From positions 1-53,663 of the forward strand of contig CAIVDK010000150.1 of NCBI GenBank assembly GCA_903904655.1: a DNA stretch of 53,663 nucleotides. Direction: 5' to 3'. Under the pieces are notes generated by a model. That model saw only the letters and a list, made by a program, of their open reading frames with translations. It did no database searches and had not been told where the DNA came from. Origin of the DNA: an uncultured delta proteobacterium. GTDB lineage: Bacteria; Desulfobacterota; Syntrophia; Syntrophales; Smithellaceae. Positions 7,899 through 14,852 of this stretch are shown here, in pieces (the first letter of the stretch is position 1; each line of letters starts with the position of its first letter). Position numbers and translations under genes: made by a program.

Positions 7899-9074
7899 TT
7901 ATTGTTGATTGGCGACAGTGTCCAGAAACTTACGCGGATTTTCTGAAAAGGCGGCAAAATTGTCCGGCGTGATGATGACGGGACAAGCTTTCGGATACTT
8001 TTTCATAAAGACATTGAAGCCCCGGGATAATTTACGACGGCCGGATTTAACCTCGACGGCATAAATCTGTCCCTGATAGCTGTATACAAAATCAACCTCG
8101 TCCTGCTTCTCTCGCCAATAATAAAGATTGCCGGGCAGTTGAAGAAGTTGGCCTCCTACCGCTGCCTCGAATATTCGTCCCCGCTTTTCCGGATCGTTAA
8201 GAACTTGCGGACCTTCGTGCATCGTATATAAGGCAGGACAGGAAATCAGTATTTTGGGACTTGATCCCCGCATCAGATGACTTTTCGTTGAATATTTTTC
8301 CAGCGGATGAACCAGAAACGCTCCGGAATAAAGCTCGATATAATATTTAACCAAATCGGTATTCCCCTTGTCCTGAAGCTGCCCCAGCAGTTTGGTGTAG
8401 CTGATCTCCTGAGCCGGGTAACGGCACAATATCTCGAATGCCTGGCGAAACAGAGCAGGATTGCCAACCTTATGATTAAGCAGAATATCCCTGCCGACCA
8501 CCGCCTCAATGATAGATTCCTTCAAGTAGGCATACCATCGGTCGAAATCGCTCTCAAAGACAACAGCCCCTGGATAACCACCATAGGTTAAATAACGATC
8601 CAGATCGTATTTAAAAGCACGCTTCAGCTCTTCATATGCCCACTGATGGGTTTTGATTAACTCAAAACGCCCTGAAAGACTCTCCGAAAGCCCTTTCTGC
8701 AATTGCAATGAACTGGACCCCAAAAGAATGACTCGCAGCACTTTGGGCGCCTTATCCCATAAAGATTTTACTGTTTCCGACCAGTTTGGAACTTTCTGAA
8801 TTTCGTCAATCACCAGTAGCGTCTTTTTTCCGGAAAGTGACGCTTTCTGCCACTGTTCCATAAGCCAGGTGCGATCCGTCGTTAAAATATCGTCGGCATT
8901 TGCATAATGGGTAGCATCAGGATACCGTGCCAGAAGCTGCTTAACCCCGGTTGTTTTCCCAACTTGACGCGGGCCAACCAGCACTTGAATAAGCGGCCGG
9001 CCAACCGAAAGACGCTGCTCCAGTTGCGCCACAAATGATCGTTCATATAATTTAGCCATGGATACATTATACAT
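7899..9074 (-). CDS. AAA+ ATPase with C-terminal PD-(D/E)xK-like domain (AAA_14/DUF4143-type)
   Basis: Walker A is present (VGPRQVGKTT) and a Walker B-like motif (LLVIDEIQ). The C-terminus DEVDFVYSYQGQIYAVEVKSGRR is a restriction-endonuclease-like D...E-x-K motif. Confidence 0.75.
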   Translation of the reverse strand: MYNVSMAKLYERSFVAQLEQRLSVGRPLIQVLVGPRQVGKTTGVKQLLARYPDATHYANADDILTTDRTWLMEQWQKASLSGKKTLLVIDEIQKVPNWSETVKSLWDKAPKVLRVILLGSSSLQLQKGLSESLSGRFELIKTHQWAYEELKRAFKYDLDRYLTYGGYPGAVVFESDFDRWYAYLKESIIEAVVGRDILLNHKVGNPALFRQAFEILCRYPAQEISYTKLLGQLQDKGNTDLVKYYIELYSGAFLVHPLEKYSTKSHLMRGSSPKILISCPALYTMHEGPQVLNDPEKRGRIFEAAVGGQLLQLPGNLYYWREKQDEVDFVYSYQGQIYAVEVKSGRRKLSRGFNVFMKKYPKACPVIITPDNFAAFSENPRKFLDTVANQQ

Positions 9075-9156
9075 ATTTTACTAGACAAGTCTACTATTTT
9101 TACTAGACGCGCCTTGTAAAATGTTTAAATACAAAACAAGGTTCAATTGACAACAA

Positions 9157-9182
9157 AAAACCCGCTATTTCTAACGGGTTTT
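9157..9182 (-). terminator. Putative intrinsic terminator, probably the native ssrA terminator stranded by prophage insertion
   Basis: The minus strand reads AAAACCCG-ttagaaatag-CGGGTTTTTTGTTG, about 30 nt downstream of the displaced tmRNA 3' fragment. The stem has only 4 GC pairs plus A-U pairs. Confidence 0.4.
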
Positions 9183-9213
9183 GTACTTCTTTGGACTTTG
9201 TTGGATTCTTTTT

Positions 9214-9244
9214 TGGTGGAGGCGGCGGGAATTGAACCCGCGTC
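9214..9244 (-). repeat. attL: displaced 31-nt copy of the tmRNA 3' terminus
   Basis: TGGTGGAGGCGGCGGGAATTGAACCCGCGTC is identical over 31/31 nt to 23659-23689. The flanking bases differ on both sides. Confidence 0.85.
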
Positions 9245-9400
9245 ATAGACCTTGATTTTATTACGTTTTTTATGTGGCGTTTTTGTAAGTAGTTGATTTT
9301 ACATCTACCGCATTTCTACCACAAAAAATAGGGAATTGAACCGCCGTCCGTGGAGACTCAATACACCACCACCACCCCAGCAGCCGCCTGCCCAGATGAC

Positions 9401-9997
9401 CTACCCTTCCATGCTCTTTTTCGGTTGATTCGACGGCCCTGAATTGTAAATCATATCAGTTTTCGTATCGCTGCCCCTCGAAGAACCAAAGAAATACCCG
9501 ACAACCATGCCGGCATTTGTCGATAAAGAACCAAAGAGCATCGAGAGGATCGGATCAGTGGCGACATTCGCCGCGGGTGCGAAAAGTTTCAAGAGAATTA
9601 AGCCGACCATCATCCCTAACCATCCGCCAATGACAACCCAGGCCAAAACAAACATATTCATGTCGCGCTTTCCCGTTGCCTTTGTCGTTTCAACTTCCCT
9701 TGATCTGGCGTTCTGAACGTCCGCAAGAAACATCTGTTCACTTTGTAATTGAAGTTTTTGAAGTTCAACCCTGTTATCCATCTCATACTTTGCCAACTTC
9801 AAGGCAGCTTCCGGGTCTGTCTGGATGGCCGATATAACCGCTTCTTGTGTGGGCGATACTCCGAGCGCCGCAGCTACTAACTTGATTGCACTACCTGCCA
9901 GCGCACCTACCGCCGTTCCGCCGGGGCCGAAAAGACTCCCAAGTAACGGGGCCGAACTGCTGATCGTTCCCACTATCTTTGCCCAATCCATAATCAT
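9401..9997 (-). CDS. Holin-like membrane protein (3-TM, GTA-holin-like)
   Basis: It has a Gly/Ala-rich N-terminal hydrophobic segment, the central motif LADVQNAR, and two C-terminal TM segments. Its start overlaps the lysozyme stop (ATGA). The family call is from memory. Confidence 0.5.
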   Translation of the reverse strand: MIMDWAKIVGTISSSAPLLGSLFGPGGTAVGALAGSAIKLVAAALGVSPTQEAVISAIQTDPEAALKLAKYEMDNRVELQKLQLQSEQMFLADVQNARSREVETTKATGKRDMNMFVLAWVVIGGWLGMMVGLILLKLFAPAANVATDPILSMLFGSLSTNAGMVVGYFFGSSRGSDTKTDMIYNSGPSNQPKKSMEG

Positions 9998-10434
9998 CCC
10001 TCCTCAATCATTTGCGTTATTTCAGCAGCGCGTTTGGGCGTCTGTTTCGCCCATGCGCTTTTCATCATATTTTCTGCGGCATCTTCCCAGCGTCCTGTAT
10101 TGATCATGGCAATCGAATTGACAAACTTTGCCGCCCCTGCTCCACCTAACTGAAAAACGAAGTCGATTAGTGCCATCTGACGGTTCTCGGTGAAGTTCTC
10201 AAAGTCCGGGAATAAACCATAACAATTCAATGTGGCCGCGCCAACAGAGATAAACAAAAGTCGGTCAACCATGTCATCAGTTATTTCGCCGTTCTTTTTC
10301 AGATAAGCAGCAATATCTTTGGGCAGCGGATTGGCGTCAATATTCCAACCCACGCCGACAGTGAGGAAACCAGCCGGACATTTGTAGGGCTTTTTTCTTA
10401 CGCCCTCGTGACGTTTAAGTAGGTCGTAAATCAT
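9994..10434 (-). CDS. Phage lysozyme (GH24, T4-lysozyme-like endolysin)
   Basis: LLKRHEGVRKKPYKCPAGFLTVGVGWNI matches the GH24 catalytic region (E...x8...T-x-G-x-G). The position equivalent to T4L Asp20 is Cys. Confidence 0.85.
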   Translation of the reverse strand: MIYDLLKRHEGVRKKPYKCPAGFLTVGVGWNIDANPLPKDIAAYLKKNGEITDDMVDRLLFISVGAATLNCYGLFPDFENFTENRQMALIDFVFQLGGAGAAKFVNSIAMINTGRWEDAAENMMKSAWAKQTPKRAAEITQMIEEG

Positions 10435-10534
10435 TCAACTCACTCCATTCGTTCCCACAAGAGGTACATTTGTACCTAATTCCAAATGCCATTATCCAGT
10501 GACCGACACGATTTGACAAGCAACGAGGACACAT
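10415..10534 (-). CDS. Unlisted 39-aa zinc-ribbon ORF (MCPRCLSNRVGHWIMAFGIRYKCTSCGNEWSELNDLRPT)
   Basis: I hand-translated the 106-bp gap between two phage genes. The Cys pattern is CxxC-x17-CxxC. The ORF overlaps the lysozyme start by 20 nt. The RBS is weak (GTGAG). It falls below the 60-aa cut-off of the ORF track. Confidence 0.35.
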   Translation of the reverse strand: MCPRCLSNRVGHWIMAFGIRYKCTSCGNEWSELNDLRPT

Positions 10535-10540
10535 AGAAAC

Positions 10541-11068
10541 TCACTTCTTGATTAAGATATACGCACCCTTCTCGCCACGATCTCCCTTGTCACCGTGAAT
10601 ACCTCTTTTACCCTGTATCCCCTGTTTGCCTCTTTGAGTAATAGGACTCACGATAGTAAACTTGTTTGAGTCCTTTGAAACTGTCGGTTCTCGCAGGCCG
10701 CCGAAATAAGGAACTGAGATAGTCACTCTTATGTGATACTGCCCCGGCATATCAGATACGCTTGTCGGAAGGCACTTACCGTATTCCTTTGTCCCTATCG
10801 GCAGATTGCCTTCAATCGGCGTGTAGGTTGTTATACGAGAGTTCACCAGTTGATAGATCACATGAGAGGTTCTATCCGTGTTTTTTAAACCCTTGACCTT
10901 GAAGTGAACAGGCTCGCCTGCGACTATTGTATTATCATCATCCAAGATAACAACTTCATCAAGCTCTACTGGATTCAAAGGATAAGTCGCAAACGCCACG
11001 ATCACTACTATAGCCAGAACCATCGTTCCCCATATCAGCCAAAAGATGGCATCACCCTTACGCTTCAT
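10541..11068 (-). CDS. Membrane-anchored protein with C-terminal collagen-like G-X-Y repeats
   Basis: There is an N-terminal TM segment (IFWLIWGTMVLAIVVIVAFATY) and a beta-rich middle region. The C-terminus is GKQGIQGKRGIHGDKGDRGEKG, seven consecutive G-X-Y triplets. Confidence 0.6.
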   Translation of the reverse strand: MKRKGDAIFWLIWGTMVLAIVVIVAFATYPLNPVELDEVVILDDDNTIVAGEPVHFKVKGLKNTDRTSHVIYQLVNSRITTYTPIEGNLPIGTKEYGKCLPTSVSDMPGQYHIRVTISVPYFGGLREPTVSKDSNKFTIVSPITQRGKQGIQGKRGIHGDKGDRGEKGAYILIKK

Positions 11069-11268
11069 TTCTGCCTCCTAATAATGACATCCTTCGTCTC
11101 CGCGCCTTTACAATCGTTTGAATCACATTCTATCGTATGACCGTGGTAGTTTGCTCTATCCCAAAGGTCTTTGTTGACAGACTTCTGATCGAGCTTCAAC
11201 CATCCTATCAGGAGCAGTGCTATTGCGACCAATCCACCAAGTATCCACATCAGAGTCTGTTTGTCCAT
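11065..11268 (-). CDS. Small single-TM phage membrane protein
   Basis: The 67-aa protein has the TM segment LMWILGGLVAIALLLIGWL. Its stop overlaps the start of the downstream gene by 4 nt. Confidence 0.45.
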   Translation of the reverse strand: MDKQTLMWILGGLVAIALLLIGWLKLDQKSVNKDLWDRANYHGHTIECDSNDCKGAETKDVIIRRQK

Positions 11269-11293
11269 TCAACTTGAGTCCTCCTAATAGTAT

Positions 11294-12340
11294 TTATGCC
11301 GTTCTTACACAGATAACCGATGGGTCTGCATTTGTCCTATAAAGCCCACCCACAGGAACGGGTATCGTCAACCCCCCCGCCCCTGCATTATTCGCAGCAG
11401 CTTGAAGGGTGGCATAAGAGAATGGCTGCGTTAAACCCCAGCCAACTGAAGGATAGGTAGCAACAAGGGCGTTTCCACTGCAATCAATCGGCCTGTCTGG
11501 TTGCCATGCCCTGCTTGGCAGATATAATGTTGCTCCAATTCTTCGCAAGGATGAACTATTTGTCCATTTGGTCGGTGTTGTCCCGGTGGCAACAAAACGA
11601 GTTCCATCAACATTAGCGCCGCCAACATTAGTGAAATCATCGTCTGTGATCCAATCATCAATCATGTACTCTTTTCCGACAACTAAAGTCCCGCTTGTTT
11701 GCGCTATTTGGCTTGCAGGGGATGCTCCCGTTGGATCAATCCATTTAAGCGGGATTCCGTATTTGTTTATATCAAGCACTTCTTGAGGAGTAGGAGCAAA
11801 ATTCAAAATATATACATGATGGACTTTGCCTTCGATTCTATGTCCTGATGATGAACCTAAAATGTGTAAAGCTCGTGTATCGTCACAAGAACCTGCATTA
11901 ACCACTGTCTGTTGAGCGCCAAAAGGAACTCCATCAAAATAAAAGTCTATTGTGGTGTTGGTTGCTCCAACCGTGACAACTGCCGTTATTTCTGGTTCTG
12001 ACCCATCAACAAAACCAGGAGATGTGCCACTATTAACTGTTCGCGTTGCGGTAGCTCCAAATAATCGTAATTGAATTTTTCCATTACTCAGTGGTTCAAG
12101 AATAATTCCATTCGACCAATATTTATAGAGTAAATAAGCAGACCCTGCTGGTGTCCAATCAGGCAAGGCACATTTAACAATTAAAGCGAAGCTACCTGAT
12201 GCTCCAAATTTTATATTTGCCGAATCATCCACCATGATTCCACTACTGCCACTTCCAGCACCAGTTAAGGAAACTCGTTGGTCTGAGTCGCTAAGTGGCT
12301 TTACGTTTCCTATTGTTCCTTTGAAATCTTGTGTTGCCAT
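11294..12340 (-). CDS. Tail fibre/receptor-binding protein with LamG (concanavalin-like) domain
   Basis: The N-terminal 190 aa have a LamG-like jelly-roll pattern (FALIVKCALPDW...GKIQLRLFG...TIDFYFDGVPFG...GKVHHVYILNF). It lies directly downstream of the tailspike. Confidence 0.55.
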   Translation of the reverse strand: MATQDFKGTIGNVKPLSDSDQRVSLTGAGSGSSGIMVDDSANIKFGASGSFALIVKCALPDWTPAGSAYLLYKYWSNGIILEPLSNGKIQLRLFGATATRTVNSGTSPGFVDGSEPEITAVVTVGATNTTIDFYFDGVPFGAQQTVVNAGSCDDTRALHILGSSSGHRIEGKVHHVYILNFAPTPQEVLDINKYGIPLKWIDPTGASPASQIAQTSGTLVVGKEYMIDDWITDDDFTNVGGANVDGTRFVATGTTPTKWTNSSSLRRIGATLYLPSRAWQPDRPIDCSGNALVATYPSVGWGLTQPFSYATLQAAANNAGAGGLTIPVPVGGLYRTNADPSVICVRTA

Positions 12341-12352
12341 TGTGTCCTCCTT

Positions 12353-14812
12353 TTAAGGTACTGTTGTCCAAGTTGCTGAAATATAAGTTGTAGCCGCTGA
12401 GGTAACGGATGTTATAACGGCATTCTTCAAGTATAGCCGATTGTTGTCAGTATCAACCCAAACCACAGACGTCGTAAGATTCGCGCCGCCTGTTCCAGCT
12501 CCAGCAATTACAATACCAGCACCATCCGGCCAATTATTAATCGAAAGCGCAGTTATGCTAGCTGCATCAAGGGTCACATACGTTGCCCCTGCTGTTCCAT
12601 CTACTGTGGTATCTGTCGCTACATTGGAGTCATAATACAATACTTCCGTGGCCGCATTAGTGCATACCCATGCCGGAGAATCATTTGCGTTTGTCACGGT
12701 GTCGCCATTTTTCGCCCATACTTGGTCACTTGAATCAGAAGGGATAGACGTATGAAGCACAGGGTCGTGAACATCTGAAAGATATTTTGCGCTATAAGCG
12801 GAAACGCTGTTCTTTCCTATCCGTGTGTAATGATAGGTCTTCGCCATATTAATGCCATAGTAATTGATGGGGTCAGTAACCGCGCCAACAGTCCCATTAA
12901 GGGCTGTCCTTTGAATTATATTCCCGTCAATCCAAGTATCCCATGCGCCGCTTAAGATTGAGATACATCGGCTATGCGTTGCCGCGCTGTCTGCTTTTGT
13001 GTCAATAAGGATATTATTCGTCAGGGTTCCGTTTCTTGACCCTGCGCCAATCACTATCCCGTTATATATTGAATTTTTAAGTAAATTCCCTTGAACAACC
13101 CAATTACGAGCGTTGTTTATTGTAATGGCGTTAAGGAAACCATCAAAAACATTACCCTTCGCTATCAATCCGTCAAAGTGGGTAGCTACGATCCCAGAAT
13201 AACCGGATGCTCCCAATGTTGATTTTGCGTTTGCATTAACAATCTGGATGTTTTTTAGACCTTGACTTGGGGTTTCGGATACGGATACATACCCTAAATC
13301 AAACGCCTTCCTAGCATCTATGGTTCTGCAACCATCATAATTTATATCTTCACCCCCATGTGAATCGAACCCTGCCCATAGTGGAACATTCTTTGCTGTG
13401 CAATCCTTATATGTAACGCGCTTTACTTGGAAGGTTCTATCAGCAGCATCCTGATCCCAAGCACCACCCCCGCCTTGATGAAAACCATAAGTGTTTCCTG
13501 CCAAAGTCCCTACGGCAGTATCAGTTGTTACGCGCTCAAACCAAATATCTTCGTTGTTTGTGAGAAGAGATACTCCGAAAAGCCCGTATCTATAAACGTC
13601 TGTGTCGTAAACCCTTACCTTCGTACAAGATGTAAAGGCCATCCCATACTGGCCTTCTATTTCAGTTATATATAAATCTCTGCCAGTGAAACGATCAACA
13701 TACTGAACGACAATCCCATCCTTATAAACAACAGGAGGGTCAACTGCTGAACCATTCCTAATCGTCAAGTTTTCAATAGATATATCACTGATACGGGATG
13801 CAATCGCGCCATACACCTTAATGACAGGAAGAGACGTTACGCCACGGATTTCTGGCTTATCTCCTGCACCTATGATTTTTACACCGCTTTTGGTAACAGT
13901 GAAATTAGCTGACCAATAAACAGAAGGTGGAGGAATGAGCAACACACCCCGTAATGTCAGAGAATCCACGGCTTTTTGAAAAGCTGCACTCGCATCTGTT
14001 GAATCTCCAACACCGCCGAACATCTCTGGAGTAGCATATTTGAGTCCAGTAACTGCGCCCGTACCAGAGAAAGTATAATAAGCACCCTTGGGCATCTTAA
14101 CATCTACGTTGGCAGGGAAAGCCAAGGGAGCATTGATGGCCCACGCACCCGGCCTGAGCAAAAGAGTGGCTTGATTTGTCCCTATGGCGGTAAGGGCAGC
14201 GGAGATGGTGGCTTGGGTGTAGGATGTCCCACCACCGTAGGAAACAAGGGCATCAACTTCATATTGTGTTGCTGTGGTAATAACCTGCCCTGGTTTGTTT
14301 TCTAGACCTGTTGCCGCGGCATTCCATCCAATGTAATTGTTCGCGGAAGGATTTGGCATTAATGCGGTGATTGACGATGACCGGGGAAGCTTCCATGATC
14401 TGTCTATGGCTTCCTTCTGCTGCTGCTGGATCATCGTAACCTTGTCCAGTGCGCTTTCTATGGATTCAGCAGAAAATGCCTCACCATCAACATAGTCGGT
14501 AAGCTGTGTCGCCGGTATGTTTCGGAGGATCGTCAGCGCGGCCCCAGATCCACACTTGCTGCCGGCCGTTAGGACTACCGTTCCAGCACTACTCCCGGCG
14601 CCCGTCACCGTGTAATCGGAGTTTAGTGTCAATACTGTATCCGTACCGACGATGACCTGCAAATCAGCGTCAGCCAGAACCTTAAACGGATAGGCGTAGG
14701 ATGTTATGACTCCATTGCAGGTGTAGGCCACCTTGGTTGTTTCTGTTGATACCGTGGCAAATGCCGGTAGCGCCAGAAGCAAAAACATAATTACCGCAAA
14801 AAACTTTTTCAT
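12353..14812 (-). CDS. Tailspike-like right-handed beta-helix protein (pectate-lyase fold) with predicted Sec signal peptide
   Basis: I start at ATG 14812, which has the RBS GGGAGGAAAT. MKKFFAVIMFLLLALPAFA|TVS is a canonical signal peptide. It is followed by the conserved phage tail-fibre N-domain (YPFKV...DLQV...DYTVTG...LTILRNIPATQLTDY...QQQQKE). The Pectate_lyase_3-like motif FGGVGDSTDASAAFQKAVDS is also present. Confidence 0.7.
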   Translation of the reverse strand: MKKFFAVIMFLLLALPAFATVSTETTKVAYTCNGVITSYAYPFKVLADADLQVIVGTDTVLTLNSDYTVTGAGSSAGTVVLTAGSKCGSGAALTILRNIPATQLTDYVDGEAFSAESIESALDKVTMIQQQQKEAIDRSWKLPRSSSITALMPNPSANNYIGWNAAATGLENKPGQVITTATQYEVDALVSYGGGTSYTQATISAALTAIGTNQATLLLRPGAWAINAPLAFPANVDVKMPKGAYYTFSGTGAVTGLKYATPEMFGGVGDSTDASAAFQKAVDSLTLRGVLLIPPPSVYWSANFTVTKSGVKIIGAGDKPEIRGVTSLPVIKVYGAIASRISDISIENLTIRNGSAVDPPVVYKDGIVVQYVDRFTGRDLYITEIEGQYGMAFTSCTKVRVYDTDVYRYGLFGVSLLTNNEDIWFERVTTDTAVGTLAGNTYGFHQGGGGAWDQDAADRTFQVKRVTYKDCTAKNVPLWAGFDSHGGEDINYDGCRTIDARKAFDLGYVSVSETPSQGLKNIQIVNANAKSTLGASGYSGIVATHFDGLIAKGNVFDGFLNAITINNARNWVVQGNLLKNSIYNGIVIGAGSRNGTLTNNILIDTKADSAATHSRCISILSGAWDTWIDGNIIQRTALNGTVGAVTDPINYYGINMAKTYHYTRIGKNSVSAYSAKYLSDVHDPVLHTSIPSDSSDQVWAKNGDTVTNANDSPAWVCTNAATEVLYYDSNVATDTTVDGTAGATYVTLDAASITALSINNWPDGAGIVIAGAGTGGANLTTSVVWVDTDNNRLYLKNAVITSVTSAATTYISATWTTVP

Positions 14813-14852
14813 ATTTCCTCCCTCTCTATTCATCTTCTTTCGGAACCAGACC

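Noticed and set aside
10553-10625. Periodic DNA repeats considered as a possible CRISPR or tandem-repeat locus.
   Set aside because: The periodicity is 9 nt and in frame (a G-X-Y collagen-like coding repeat). No CRISPR-like repeat-spacer array or cas gene exists in the window.
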